Source: an uncultured Candidatus Saccharibacteria bacterium
Lineage (GTDB): Bacteria > Patescibacteriota > UBA1384 > DTJR01
Direction: 5' to 3'
Length of the DNA stretch: 64,000 nt
Assembly (NCBI GenBank): GCA_964487045.1
Contig: CAZAOT010000004.1
Span: 6,605 to 70,604, forward strand
A model generated the notes under the pieces. That model was not told the origin of the DNA and made no database searches. It saw only the letters and a list, made by a program, of their open reading frames with translations. The translations under genes were made by a program, and so were the position numbers. Within the stretch, counting starts at the first letter, position 1; the number at the start of each line of letters is the position of its first letter. Shown here in pieces: positions 31,286-41,570 of this stretch.

Positions 31286-34042
31286 TTAGAACGAAAGATA
31301 CTTACCAGTTAATGATTTGGCAATTTTAGATACTTTCTCTGGAGTTCCTTCGGCGATGATTTGACCACCTTTTATTCCTCCGCCTGGACCCATATCTATC
31401 ACCCAGTCAGCATTTTTTACTACATCTAGGTTATGCTCAATCACCAACACTGTATTGCCTCTATCAACAAGTTCTTGCAAAATTACAAGTAATTTCTTAA
31501 TATCTTCGAAATGAAGACCTGTAGTGGGTTCATCAAGAATGTAAATAGTCTTTCCGGTAGAAGGTCTCGAAAGTTCACTAGCAAGTTTAATTCTCTGTGC
31601 TTCTCCTCCGGATAAGGTTGTTGCGCTCTGGCCAAGCGGTAGATATCCTAGACCAACTTTCTTAAGGACAGTAAGTTTCTCAATAAGTTCAGCGTGATCT
31701 GAGAAAAATTCATTGGCTTCATCTACGCTTAATTTCAAAACATCCGCAATTGTTTTGCCTTTATATCTAATTTCGAGAGTTTCTTTGTTATATCGCTGAC
31801 CCTGACACTCTTCGCATGGAACATAAACATCAGGCATAAAGAACATTTCGACTTTAATCATGCCGTCACCGCGACAAACCTCACAGCGTCCACCCTTTAA
31901 GTTAAAACTGAATTGGCTAGCATTAAAACCTTTAAATTTCGCTTCTGGAGTTTCAGCAAATAACTCTCTGATCGGGGTGAATATGCCAGTATATGTAGCG
32001 AGGTTAGACCTTGGAGTTCTACCGATTGGAGTTTGATCGATTCTAATGACCTTATCTAGATTGTTAATACCAATCATTTTCTTATACTCTCCAGGCTCTT
32101 CACCTGAGCGATGGTACTCTTTAGCTAGCGCTTTTGCCAAAACATCATAAACCAATGAGCTCTTGCCACTTCCGGAAACTCCGCAAACTGCGATGAATAC
32201 TGATAGTGGAATCGTAACGTCTAAATTCTTTAAATTATTGTGATTAATTTGCTCGATTTTTAGCTCCCCTTTTCCTTTTCGGCGTTTTTTAGGGTAGTTT
32301 ATTTTATCCTTGCCAGAGAGATAACGTCCAGTAACTGATTTATCATTTTTCTTTATCTCACTTGGAGTTCCAGAAGCGATAAGCTCACCGCCGTTTTTAC
32401 CTGCACCAGGACCAATATCAAAAACATAGTCAGCTAATTCTAGAACTGCTTTATCATGCTCTACTATTAATACAGTGTTACCCTCCTCCTTGAGTCGTTT
32501 AAATGATTCAATAATTCTCTCAGTGTCAGCGCTATGCAAGCCAATAGTCGGTTCGTCAAGTACATAAAGCACACCGCTTAGAAATGAATCAAATTGAACA
32601 CCAAGTCTAATCCTCTGCGCTTCACCACCAGATAAAGACTCAGATGACCTAGACAGAGTTAAATACTCAAGACCGACTGAAACGAGGTTATTGAGTCTTC
32701 TAATTAATTCCTTAATGATCGTGTCGCTTCCCGCTGGTTTGACGCTGCTAGCGAAAAATTCGCTTAGAGAATTAACTTCCATATCAGACAGTTCAGCTAT
32801 TGTTTTATCATTAAAGAAAACAGACAGTGCTAATTCATTTAACCTTTTTCCTAGACACTTATCGCAAACCTTCTCATGCATATATTGCTCAATCTCACTT
32901 CTAAGATATTCTGAGTCAGTTTCTAAGTACTTCTTTTCTAAATTTGGTATCACTCCTTCGAAATCTTCATGTCCATATAGGATCGCGCGAAGTGCATCGT
33001 CAGAAAGATTATCAATTGGTTCATCAAGCCTGAAAGCTACCTTTTTGCTTAGATCCACCAAGCTTTTTGTAAACCAGCCATTTTGACCAGCCAAACGTGA
33101 CCAAGGTCTAATCGCCCCCTCTTCTAAAGTTAATCTTGTGTTTGGAATCACCAACTCAGGCTGGACTTCCTTCACTACTCCCAAACCCTGACATCTTCGG
33201 CAAGCTCCATAGGGGCTATTAAAAGAGAAAAGCCTTGGTTGAAGACTAGGAAAAAATATCTGGCAATCAGAACAATACGGGTGTTTAGAAAATATCTTGG
33301 AGTTTTCGCCTCTTTCGACTCTGACAACGTCTTCGCTTAGCTCAAAAGCCTTTTCCAGACTCTGCTCAAGCTCTTTTTGCTCAAGTGGTTTAATTTCTTC
33401 GAGATATTCCTTTCTTAGCACTACCACCTCAATAGTATGAGGCAAACCCTTTTCCAACTTAACGTTAGCTGATTCTTTGGTTGAATATTCATTTCCATCA
33501 ACTATCACGCTTTCGAATTTGGAGTTCTGGAATCTTTCTAAAGTACTTTTATGAATACCTTTTTGGTCTTTTACTATAGTAGCTACTATCTTCACTTCGC
33601 CTGCGTTTTGTTTGAAAAAATCAATCGCGCTTTCTACTATTTCTTTCAACTGGCCTGAAAAAATTGCTTTATTACACTTCGGACATCTTACTGAGCCGAA
33701 TCTAGCAAATAGCAATCTTAGAAAATCATACGATTCCGTAAGAGTACCGACTGTTGATCGTGGAGATCGAACCACACTTTTTTGGTCAATTGCGATAGCT
33801 GGTGGAATTCCCTCGATTGAATCCACATCTGGCTTCTCGATAACACCTATCACTTGTCTAGCATAAGACGAAAGATTCTCTACATACCTTCTCTGGCCTT
33901 CGGCATAGATTGTGTCAAAAGCCAATGATGACTTTCCTGAACCTGAAATTCCACTCATTACTGAAATTTGTTCCTTGGGAATCTCAACAGAAATATTTTT
34001 TAGGTTGTGAGTTCTCGCGCCAGATACTTTAATATTTTTCAT
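31286..34042 (-). CDS. uvrA: Excinuclease ABC subunit A
   Basis: Two ABC modules ([24 protein letters not shown]) and Zn fingers; [10 protein letters not shown]. Confidence 0.98.
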   Translation of the reverse strand: MKNIKVSGARTHNLKNISVEIPKEQISVMSGISGSGKSSLAFDTIYAEGQRRYVENLSSYARQVIGVIEKPDVDSIEGIPPAIAIDQKSVVRSPRSTVGTLTESYDFLRLLFARFGSVRCPKCNKAIFSGQLKEIVESAIDFFKQNAGEVKIVATIVKDQKGIHKSTLERFQNSKFESVIVDGNEYSTKESANVKLEKGLPHTIEVVVLRKEYLEEIKPLEQKELEQSLEKAFELSEDVVRVERGENSKIFSKHPYCSDCQIFFPSLQPRLFSFNSPYGACRRCQGLGVVKEVQPELVIPNTRLTLEEGAIRPWSRLAGQNGWFTKSLVDLSKKVAFRLDEPIDNLSDDALRAILYGHEDFEGVIPNLEKKYLETDSEYLRSEIEQYMHEKVCDKCLGKRLNELALSVFFNDKTIAELSDMEVNSLSEFFASSVKPAGSDTIIKELIRRLNNLVSVGLEYLTLSRSSESLSGGEAQRIRLGVQFDSFLSGVLYVLDEPTIGLHSADTERIIESFKRLKEEGNTVLIVEHDKAVLELADYVFDIGPGAGKNGGELIASGTPSEIKKNDKSVTGRYLSGKDKINYPKKRRKGKGELKIEQINHNNLKNLDVTIPLSVFIAVCGVSGSGKSSLVYDVLAKALAKEYHRSGEEPGEYKKMIGINNLDKVIRIDQTPIGRTPRSNLATYTGIFTPIRELFAETPEAKFKGFNASQFSFNLKGGRCEVCRGDGMIKVEMFFMPDVYVPCEECQGQRYNKETLEIRYKGKTIADVLKLSVDEANEFFSDHAELIEKLTVLKKVGLGYLPLGQSATTLSGGEAQRIKLASELSRPSTGKTIYILDEPTTGLHFEDIKKLLVILQELVDRGNTVLVIEHNLDVVKNADWVIDMGPGGGIKGGQIIAEGTPEKVSKIAKSLTGKYLSF

Positions 34043-34081
34043 ATTTTTTTTAAAAAATCCTTTTGGTTTAACGGGCCTTGA

Positions 34082-34158
34082 CCCGTTAGAGATATACTTT
34101 ACAAAACCTCGAGGCCCATTTATTGTTTTTAGAGCTGCTAGCGCAGATCTCTAACGGG
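34082..34158. mobile_element. Miniature inverted-repeat element, copy 2 (uvrA 5' UTR)
   Basis: CCCGTTAGAGAT (34082-34093) / ATCTCTAACGGG (34147-34158); direct repeat TAACGGGCCTTG at 34069-34080 and 34152-34163. Confidence 0.7.
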
Positions 34159-34167
34159 CCTTGGAGG

Positions 34168-34196
34168 ATTATACTAAAAAATAAAACGAAAATCAA
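34168..34196 (-). promoter_or_regulatory. Putative uvrA promoter
   Basis: Minus strand TTGATT, 17 nt, TATAAT; predicted start site near 34160, at the edge of element copy 2. Confidence 0.6.
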
Positions 34197-34306
34197 CACC
34201 TCAATAATCCTAAAATATTTTCTTGATTTTAATAATCGATGTGTTACATTTTGAACATATTTAGTTGGCTTAAATTTCAAATGAAGTAAGCAAGAAAGGA
34301 AGTGGT

Positions 34307-34765
34307 ATGAAACAGGGAGATCAAATAGGTACGATCGTTGGATCAAGCGTCCATCTTACCGGAGCTATTAAGGATGCTAGCGACATCAATATCTTTGGTT
34401 CGGTTGATGGTGAAGTGTCTTCTGAGGAGCGAGTAGTAATTGAGGAGACCGCTAGAGTAAAAGGGCCAATTACTGCCAGAGAAATAATTGTTAGTGGATA
34501 TATTAATGGAACTGTCACAGCAAGAGAAAGAATCGAATTAAATTCAAGTGGCACAATCAAGGGAAACATTGATACCAAAGAATTGTTAATTCATTCTGGA
34601 GCAACTTTCATAGGAAAGTGCGCTATGCCAGAAAAAGAAAATAGTGGTGCAGCCGAAGAGAGTGAAACATTCGAGACTGAAGTGGAAGAAAAGCCGGAGC
34701 TAGAAGAACCAAAAGACTTGTTTGCCGATGAACAGGAAAAAGGAAAGAAAGACGACGAAGATTAA
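34307..34765 (+). CDS. Bactofilin (polymer-forming cytoskeletal protein) with acidic tail
   Basis: TIVGSSVHLTG...INIFGSVDGEV...VKGPI...GNI..KEL.I..GA.FIG beta-helix repeats. Confidence 0.9.
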   Translation: MKQGDQIGTIVGSSVHLTGAIKDASDINIFGSVDGEVSSEERVVIEETARVKGPITAREIIVSGYINGTVTARERIELNSSGTIKGNIDTKELLIHSGATFIGKCAMPEKENSGAAEESETFETEVEEKPELEEPKDLFADEQEKGKKDDED

Positions 34766-34770
34766 GCCTA

Positions 34771-35517
34771 ATGTATTATTTCTTGTTTGACCAAATCAGC
34801 TCTTCCAAACAGCGAGCAGACTTCGAAAAAATAAAAGACATTGCCAGAGAATACCAAATACTTTCTGCCTCTGCGCATGTCTCTCCCGCCAGATCAGCAG
34901 ACGAATTAGTCCAAGATGCACTAAGCAAAAATTACACGACGATTGTAGCTGTTGGCGAAGACACCCTAATAAACGATGTAGTTACAGCTATCATCCGTCT
35001 TCAGGAACGCGAAAATATTGTGCTTGGCATTATCTCAACTGATCCAGAATCGTTACTATATGAGAGGTGGGGTTTCAAGACCTTCGAGGAAGCCCTGGAA
35101 ACACTTCGATATAGAAAATTAGAAAGATTTACAATCGGCATGATAGAGCCAAACCATTATTTCTTATCTAGCGCAAGAATTGAGTGCGGCAAGCCAACAA
35201 GATTTGTAATAGAAATCGATAAGTTTAAAGCAGAAGCGGTTCTCGACCGCCTAGAAATATCGAATAATTTATATATTTTACTTGAGCGATATGGCCGGGA
35301 ACGCTCAATATTAAAATCAACAATTAATTGGCTATCGGGTAAAAACACCGGTTTTGCCGATCGAAGTGTATTTAGAGGAAAGATAATTAAAATAGATTCT
35401 AGAGAGAAAGTTTCTGTCTTAATAGGTAAGAGAGAAGTCGCAAAAACACCAATTAATGTTTTCCGTAAAATCAATGCCTTGAATATTATTACGAAACGTG
35501 ATAGAGTTTTAACGTAA
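34771..35517 (+). CDS. Diacylglycerol-kinase-like protein (degenerate)
   Basis: TIVAVGEDTLINDVV resembles the DAGK GGDGT motif; VLGII; C-terminal beta domain. Confidence 0.55.
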   Translation: MYYFLFDQISSSKQRADFEKIKDIAREYQILSASAHVSPARSADELVQDALSKNYTTIVAVGEDTLINDVVTAIIRLQERENIVLGIISTDPESLLYERWGFKTFEEALETLRYRKLERFTIGMIEPNHYFLSSARIECGKPTRFVIEIDKFKAEAVLDRLEISNNLYILLERYGRERSILKSTINWLSGKNTGFADRSVFRGKIIKIDSREKVSVLIGKREVAKTPINVFRKINALNIITKRDRVLT

Positions 35518-35539
35518 ATTAAGCCTTTGGAGACTTGAA

Positions 35540-36091
35540 ATAAGTTACGCTAGAGTTAGCAAGTCCGGTTTTTACCGGGTCAATCAGCAGATTCGAGTTC
35601 CCCAAGTTCACCTGATAGACGAAGAAGGTCAATCTTTGGGTACGACAAACACTTCCGAAGCTATTAAGTTAGCCGAGGAGCACGGCTTGGATTTAGTTGA
35701 AATTGGAGCAAATGCAAAACCTCCGGTTTGTAAAATTCTCGACTTTGGAAAATTCAAATACGAGCAGGAGAAGAAGCAAAAATCAAAACCATCACACGCT
35801 GGTGAGATCAAAGAGATAAGGCTTTCTGTTACCACAGACGAACATGACTTCACCACTAGGGTTGAACAAGCAAGAAAGTTTTTTGAAAAAGGCTTCAAAG
35901 TAAAAGTTACAGTCAAGATGAGTGGTAGACAAAACATTTACCACGAAAAAGCAATTTCACAGATTAATAGAGTTAAGGACGTCTTGGAGGTCAGTTTCGA
36001 ACAATCACCATCAAGACTTGGAAATAGATTTACTGCTTTACTTATAAAATCAAAAGAAGGCAGCGCCAAACAGCCTGCTCAGGATCAATAA
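35540..36091 (+). CDS. infC: Translation initiation factor IF-3 (non-canonical ATA start)
   Basis: In-frame RVNQQIRVPQVHLIDEEG upstream of the ORF-track start; ATA at 35540 with GGAG 7 nt upstream; LDLVEI...PPVCKILDFGKFKYE, KEIRLS. Confidence 0.92.
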   Translation: MSYARVSKSGFYRVNQQIRVPQVHLIDEEGQSLGTTNTSEAIKLAEEHGLDLVEIGANAKPPVCKILDFGKFKYEQEKKQKSKPSHAGEIKEIRLSVTTDEHDFTTRVEQARKFFEKGFKVKVTVKMSGRQNIYHEKAISQINRVKDVLEVSFEQSPSRLGNRFTALLIKSKEGSAKQPAQDQ

Positions 36092-36108
36092 TAAAGGTAA
36101 TATTCAAA

Positions 36109-36315
36109 ATGCCGAAAATTAAAACTAGAAAATCAGCGTCAAAAAGACTTGCCAAAGTAACCGCTTCCGGCAAACTTATGAGACGAAAAATAACTGCACA
36201 ACACTTGGTCAAAAGAAAAACCAAAAGAACTATTAAGGGTTCTGGAAGAAGTGAAGAAGTTGTAGCAAGTGAAGTTAAAAGATTAAAAAAATTAACTCCC
36301 TACAGGAACAAATAA
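36109..36315 (+). CDS. rpmI: 50S ribosomal protein L35
   Basis: MPKIKTRKSASKR..VTASGK. Confidence 0.95.
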   Translation: MPKIKTRKSASKRLAKVTASGKLMRRKITAQHLVKRKTKRTIKGSGRSEEVVASEVKRLKKLTPYRNK

Positions 36316-36662
36316 TGGCAAGAGTAAAACGAGCAATATCCGCAAAAAAAAGACATAATAGCTTGCTAAGCAAGGCTAAGGGTTTTAGAGGTAGAAGAAA
36401 GAACGTCTTTAGACTGGCAAAACAAGCTGTAATGAAAGCTGAAAAATACGCTTATGCTTCGAACAGAAGAAAGAAGCGTGATATCAGAAAGCTTTGGATA
36501 ATCAGGATCAATGCTGCCTGCAAAGCAAATGGTATTCAGTATTCAAGATTTATCAAACTTTTACACGACAACAAAATTGATTTAAATCGCAAACAACTCT
36601 CGGAAATGGCTCAAAACGATCCAGCTAAGTTCAAAGAAGTAGTCGAGAAAGTTAAATCTTAG
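36315..36662 (+). CDS. rplT: 50S ribosomal protein L20
   Basis: MARVKR, AKGFRGRR, RKLWIIRINAA, YSRFI, LNRKQLSEMA. Confidence 0.98.
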   Translation: MARVKRAISAKKRHNSLLSKAKGFRGRRKNVFRLAKQAVMKAEKYAYASNRRKKRDIRKLWIIRINAACKANGIQYSRFIKLLHDNKIDLNRKQLSEMAQNDPAKFKEVVEKVKS

Positions 36663-37059
36663 GATCTCGAATAATAGAATAAATAATCAGCACAGCCCCG
36701 ATAGTGATAAAGCTATCGGCTAGGTTGAAGCTTGGAAATATTTTTAAGTTTATAAAGTCGACTACTCCCCCTCGAACTATTCTGTCAAGAATGTTAGAAA
36801 GACCTCCCGCAAAGACGAGGCTAAGTGCGACAGTCTTTACTTTACCCTTAGCAAATAAATATATACCAATACTAAAGACAATAAGGGCAATAATATTGAG
36901 AGCTAATGGGTTCGAATAAATGAGCGAGAAGGCTAAGTCTTTATTGATCGTCGCGACTGAATATCTCAGAAAAATAAGCTTAGTCACCTGATCAACAAAA
37001 ACAGCAACAATAAACAATCCAAGAAAAAACAATTTTGGATTAAGTTTTTTAGGAAGCAT
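36652..37059 (-). CDS. lspA: Lipoprotein signal peptidase
   Basis: DQVTK, N..LAFS, GGLSNILDRI..GGVVDFI, FNLADSFI. Confidence 0.93.
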   Translation of the reverse strand: MLPKKLNPKLFFLGLFIVAVFVDQVTKLIFLRYSVATINKDLAFSLIYSNPLALNIIALIVFSIGIYLFAKGKVKTVALSLVFAGGLSNILDRIVRGGVVDFINLKIFPSFNLADSFITIGAVLIIYSIIRDPKI

Positions 37060-37363
37060 GGGTGGCGCAGAATCTTGATGCCGGGAAAGCTTTTAATCTA
37101 CCAGCTTCGATCAAAATCCCACATTTCTCACACTTTCCATACGATCCATCCTCAATCCTCTTGAGAGCAGATTTGAGCTCTTTAAGCTCTTTCTTCGCCT
37201 CAGCTCCAAGAGCGACTGACTCCTCGAATTCTTCAAACTCGACAGCATTATCATCTCCAGAAGAGCCTATCTCATCATACTTGGCTGATTTTACTTCACT
37301 CTCCAAATTCTCAATCTCACTAAGAATCAATTGTTTTTGACTCTCAATAAATGACTGGTCCAT
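37049..37363 (-). CDS. DksA/TraR C4 zinc-finger protein
   Basis: Acidic coiled-coil tip (DDNAVEFEE); ALKRIEDGSYGKCEKCG..IEAGRLKAFP..FC. Confidence 0.9.
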   Translation of the reverse strand: MDQSFIESQKQLILSEIENLESEVKSAKYDEIGSSGDDNAVEFEEFEESVALGAEAKKELKELKSALKRIEDGSYGKCEKCGILIEAGRLKAFPASRFCATHAS

Positions 37364-37435
37364 ATTTATCCTTTTTAATTTCTATTTTTTACACTTGAAT
37401 TATACATAAAATAAAAATAATATGAATTAATACTC

Positions 37436-37510
37436 GGTCGCTTAGCTCAGTGGTAGAGCGCTTGCTTCACACGCAAGAAGTCATAGGTTCAAGTCCTATA
37501 GCGACCACCA
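37436..37510 (+). tRNA. tRNA-Val(CAC)
   Basis: GGTCGCT acceptor; AGCTCAGTGGTAGAGC D-arm; CTTGC-TTCACAC-GCAAG anticodon arm; GGTTCAAGTCC; encoded CCA. Confidence 0.95.
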
Positions 37511-37583
37511 ATATTTGCTTGAACAATTAAATATAACCAAGCGGTTCTTTTTTTTCTGCCTAAAGCAAGGTATGATTGAATAC

Positions 37584-38204
37584 ATGGAAGATAAAGAATT
37601 CTTTGAAGACGATATAAATAAAAGCGAAAAGGAAGAAAAGAAAATAACCTTCGGATCAGTCCTTCTTTCTTTTTTCGATTTTTTAAAAACTGTAATTATT
37701 ATCGTTGTGCTTGCTGCACTCATAAGACAATTTGTCATACAGCCTTTTATCGTTGACGGACAGTCAATGGAGCCAAACTTTCAAAACAACGACTATCTAA
37801 TCACTGATAAAGTTTCTTATCGACTTCACACTCCATCACGTGGTGAAGTTGTTATCTTCCACCCACCTGATAATCCATCTGTAAACTATCTCAAAAGGGT
37901 CATAGGTCTACCCGGCGACACTATCAAAATAAGTGGCGGCGACGTGTATGTAAATGGCAAGAAAATTAAAGAATCATACATCAATAACAACGAAAAAACT
38001 CTTTCGCCAAATTCGGGCGATGTAGAATTAACACTTAAAGATAAAGAATATTTCGTCCTTGGAGATAATCGCAATCATTCAAGGGATTCGCGTGAAATTG
38101 GACCAGTTCCGATTGAAAATATTGTAAGTCGAATCTGGCTAAGATTATTCCCATTTAACTCAATCAAAGCATTTGCTGCTCAAAAGTACGAAGTAGTTAA
38201 TTAA
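37584..38204 (+). CDS. lepB: Signal peptidase I
   Basis: GQSMEPNF, YLKRVIGLPGD, YFVLGDNRNHSRDSR; start at 37584 or 37572. Confidence 0.95.
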   Translation: MEDKEFFEDDINKSEKEEKKITFGSVLLSFFDFLKTVIIIVVLAALIRQFVIQPFIVDGQSMEPNFQNNDYLITDKVSYRLHTPSRGEVVIFHPPDNPSVNYLKRVIGLPGDTIKISGGDVYVNGKKIKESYINNNEKTLSPNSGDVELTLKDKEYFVLGDNRNHSRDSREIGPVPIENIVSRIWLRLFPFNSIKAFAAQKYEVVN

Positions 38205-39253
38205 ATCAATTCCTCTATTTCACTGACGAGTTCATTGAAATTTTCTTTTGTAGTTGAGGAAATAGCGATAATTTTATTTTTTAGTATAAATCCAAATCTA
38301 TCAAAATTCTTAATTGCATCAGTTGAGCGTGATTTAACCAAATCTATTTTATTTAACACAACAAGCAACTTTTTATTTTTTCTCACTGCTAAATCAGCAA
38401 GATGCGCATCTGTCCTAGTGAATCCTTCTGTAGCGTCCACCACAAGAATAATAATATCTGCTTTATAAATTGACTCGATTGCCCTAAGGACAGAGAATTT
38501 TTCGATCCCTACCTCAATTTTGCCTCTTTTCCTAAAGCCTGCTGTATCAATAATTTCAGCAAGCTTCTCCGATTTACCAATTTTGATTTTTAACCTAAGA
38601 GCATCTCTGGTTGTGCCAGGAATATCAGAGACGATTGCTGTACTTGATTTACTAAGTAAATTAAAAAGGGTTGATTTTCCTGCGTTAGGCCTTCCGATAA
38701 TTGTGATTTTTTTGTATTGATCTAGATCAGGAATATTGTTTTTAAAATTTGAAGTTATTTTATCTAAGAGCAAGCCGCTTCTTCGACCGGTAATAGAACT
38801 AAGAGCGATTTTATCATCGAAGCCAAGCTCATCAACTTCAGATAGCCTCATCTCTTGATCATGGCTATCGGCCTTGTTAAAGACCACTAGAACCTTTTTA
38901 TGATACTTTCTTAGTCTTGCTGCTATCTCTTTATCTTCACCTGTGATAGAGACTTTAGCGTCGACCACAAACAATATAAGAGCACATTCGTCTAGTGCAT
39001 CGGATATCTTATCCTGAGCCATTCGTTCAATATCCGCTTCGTCAAAACCATAAAAATCACTAATAAATCCAGCAGTATCGAATAATATAAACCTCTTATT
39101 ATTCCAAGTAATTTCGGAGCTCACTGTATCTCTAGTTGTTCCAGCTTCCTTAGCAATAATTGCCTGCCTTTCGCCGGTGAGACGATTAAAAAGAGTCGAC
39201 TTGCCGACATTAGGTCTACCAACTATTGCAACTACTGGTAATTTGTTTTCCAT
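38201..39253 (-). CDS. der: Ribosome biogenesis GTPase Der/EngA (two G domains, no KH domain)
   Basis: GRPNVGKSTLFN/GTTRD/DTAG/NKAD and GRPNAGKSTLFN/GTTRD/DTAG/NKID; ends at 350 aa. Confidence 0.92.
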   Translation of the reverse strand: MENKLPVVAIVGRPNVGKSTLFNRLTGERQAIIAKEAGTTRDTVSSEITWNNKRFILFDTAGFISDFYGFDEADIERMAQDKISDALDECALILFVVDAKVSITGEDKEIAARLRKYHKKVLVVFNKADSHDQEMRLSEVDELGFDDKIALSSITGRRSGLLLDKITSNFKNNIPDLDQYKKITIIGRPNAGKSTLFNLLSKSSTAIVSDIPGTTRDALRLKIKIGKSEKLAEIIDTAGFRKRGKIEVGIEKFSVLRAIESIYKADIIILVVDATEGFTRTDAHLADLAVRKNKKLLVVLNKIDLVKSRSTDAIKNFDRFGFILKNKIIAISSTTKENFNELVSEIEELI

Positions 39254-39296
39254 AAGAAAAGATCATACCTGAAATTCAATAAATTATCAAGGATTA

Positions 39297-39812
39297 TTAT
39301 CTTTTTACTAGATTGTCTGTGGCCATGTCATAGCATTCTCCAACTACCGAAGAAGGTACGTCATGACCACTTAAGATCGAGCAATTTAAAGTTCCGTTTC
39401 CGTCACCCAATATTACCCAACTTCCATTTTCATATGCTGCCAAAAACCAGCCGCCTTCATCATCGATTGTGACACTACCATACGCTGAATTGTCAGAGCT
39501 TTTTGAGATACTAATAGAGATTTTATCAATTGGTGTTGAAGACTTTTGAGCATAGGCTTCCTTAATCAACTCTTCTTTTGACTTGGCTGCTTCAGTTGCT
39601 GTTTGTGAGGCCAACGGAGTAAGACTAACAAGGGCTGTAGAAGTTTTGATTGGCTCTTGGATTTCGGTTAAAGTCGATGTAGCAATTGGTGAAATACTAG
39701 CTTGCAGCTTGAGATTCTTATTTTGTTTTGCTAAATATGTTACCACTGCCACCATTAGAACAATTAAAAATGCACTGAGAATTAACAATACCTTCTTCAC
39801 TCTGTCGCTCAT
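39297..39812 (-). CDS. Membrane-anchored hypothetical protein with Ser/Thr linker
   Basis: N-terminal TM, T/S/P-rich linker, C-terminal GGWFLA...W domain with two Cys. Confidence 0.7.
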   Translation of the reverse strand: MSDRVKKVLLILSAFLIVLMVAVVTYLAKQNKNLKLQASISPIATSTLTEIQEPIKTSTALVSLTPLASQTATEAAKSKEELIKEAYAQKSSTPIDKISISISKSSDNSAYGSVTIDDEGGWFLAAYENGSWVILGDGNGTLNCSILSGHDVPSSVVGECYDMATDNLVKR

Positions 39813-39934
39813 CTTCCTCCTTTTTTTACATTATACCCCATATAAAATTAAATGCTTGACAGCAGAAAACTCGTGAGTATATTTAAACTAGCAAAAAAAA
39901 CCGCTAAAACGGTTTAGTACTCAAAGGAGGAGTT

Positions 39935-41563
39935 ATGAAAAAATTTGTTTTTGTTGTTGGTGGAGTGATGAGTTCTGTCGGTAAGGGAGTGGCAACGTCA
40001 TCAATTGCCTTGATATTAAAAAGTAAAGGATTTAAAGTTACCGCTGTTAAAGCAGATCCTTATATAAATGTTGATGCAGGCACAATGAACCCGGTAGAGC
40101 ACGGCGAAGTATTTGTTCTTAATGACGCAGACGAAACCGATCAAGACCTTGGTAATTATGAAAGATTTCTGGACCAGAATTTCTCTAAACTTAATTATAT
40201 GACCACAGGCAGAGTCTACCAGTCAGTCATAAATCGGGAGAGAAATTTAGAATATGCTGGAAAATGCGTTGAGGTCGTTCCCCACATTCCTCAAGAAATA
40301 ATTAATCGAATTGAAAAATGTTCTGATGAAACTAAATCAGATATTACTATTATCGAAATCGGTGGAACAGTTGGCGAGTATCAAAATATATTATTTCTTG
40401 AGGCTATCAGAATTTTAAAAATGAAAAGGCCAAAGGATGTCGCTATTGTCCTGGTTTCATACCTCCCCATCCCAAGCAATGTAGGGGAGATGAAAACCAA
40501 ACCGACCCAACATGCCGCGAGAACATTAAATTCGGCTGGACTTCAAGCAGACTTTATCGTATGCAGATCAGCGCGGGAAATAGATCGACCTCGACGTGAG
40601 AAGCTAGCAACATTTTGTATGATTGAACCTCAAAATGCGATATCAAGCCCTGATCTAGATACGATTTATGAAGTTCCATTTATGTTTGAAAAACAAAATT
40701 TCGGAAACAAAATCTTAAAAAGCCTTTCAGTCAGAGCTAAAAAGTCAGATCTTACTCAGTGGAAAAAAGTCTTATCTCAAAAAGATAGCGCAGCCAAAAC
40801 CATAAAGGTCGCAATCGTCGGGAAATATTTTGCGGCAGGTGCCTTCACTCTATCTGACTCGTATATTTCAGTTATCGAATCAGTGAAAATTGCTGCTTGG
40901 CACAACAAGGCTAACGTAGAATTCTTTTGGATTAATAGCGAGGATTTCGAAAAAGATCATACGTCCATTAAGAAACTAAGTAATTATGACGGCGTTATTG
41001 TGCCTGGAGGATTCGGTTCAAGAGGTATTGAAGGCATTATTGCGACGGCAAAGTATTGCCGAGAAAATAAACTACCATACTTCGGCTTGTGTTATGGAAT
41101 GCAAATATTAACGATTGAATATGCTCGCAGTGTGCTTAAATTTAAAGGCGCAAATACCGAAGAGATCAATCCTAAGACAACTTATCCCGTAATCCACTTG
41201 ATGGCTGACCAAAAAGATAATCTTTCATCTGGGGCGATGGGTGGAACAATGAGACTGGGTAAATATAACTGCACCATAAAGAAGAATACTCTTGCTTATC
41301 AGGCCTACCGACAGACCGAGATCGAAGAAAGACACAGACATCGCTATGAATTCAACAATAAATATCGCTCTAGATTTGAGAAAGCTGGACTCGTAATTTC
41401 GGGAATAAACAAAGAAAGAGACTTGGTGGAAATTGTTGAGCTAAAGGATCACCCTTTCTATCTAGGCGTCCAATTTCACCCCGAATTCAAAACTAGATTC
41501 ATAAAGCCTCATCCACTATTTAACAAATTTGTTGAGACAATTGTTAAAAACAATAATTATTAA
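39935..41563 (+). CDS. pyrG: CTP synthase
   Basis: GGVMSSVGKG, DPYINVDAGTMNP..HGEVFV, GLCYGMQ, ERHRHRYE, QFHPEF. Confidence 0.98.
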   Translation: MKKFVFVVGGVMSSVGKGVATSSIALILKSKGFKVTAVKADPYINVDAGTMNPVEHGEVFVLNDADETDQDLGNYERFLDQNFSKLNYMTTGRVYQSVINRERNLEYAGKCVEVVPHIPQEIINRIEKCSDETKSDITIIEIGGTVGEYQNILFLEAIRILKMKRPKDVAIVLVSYLPIPSNVGEMKTKPTQHAARTLNSAGLQADFIVCRSAREIDRPRREKLATFCMIEPQNAISSPDLDTIYEVPFMFEKQNFGNKILKSLSVRAKKSDLTQWKKVLSQKDSAAKTIKVAIVGKYFAAGAFTLSDSYISVIESVKIAAWHNKANVEFFWINSEDFEKDHTSIKKLSNYDGVIVPGGFGSRGIEGIIATAKYCRENKLPYFGLCYGMQILTIEYARSVLKFKGANTEEINPKTTYPVIHLMADQKDNLSSGAMGGTMRLGKYNCTIKKNTLAYQAYRQTEIEERHRHRYEFNNKYRSRFEKAGLVISGINKERDLVEIVELKDHPFYLGVQFHPEFKTRFIKPHPLFNKFVETIVKNNNY

Positions 41564-41570
41564 GTAGCAT

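Noticed and set aside
34242-34257. TGTTACATTTTGAACA upstream of uvrA as an SOS box
   Set aside because: It matches neither the GTTC-N7-GTTC repeat at the polymerase promoter nor a clean palindrome, and it lies upstream of the predicted -35.
34086-34346. 86-aa minus-strand ORF upstream of uvrA
   Set aside because: It spans promoters and the inverted-repeat element, overlaps bactofilin antisense and has no protein-like features.
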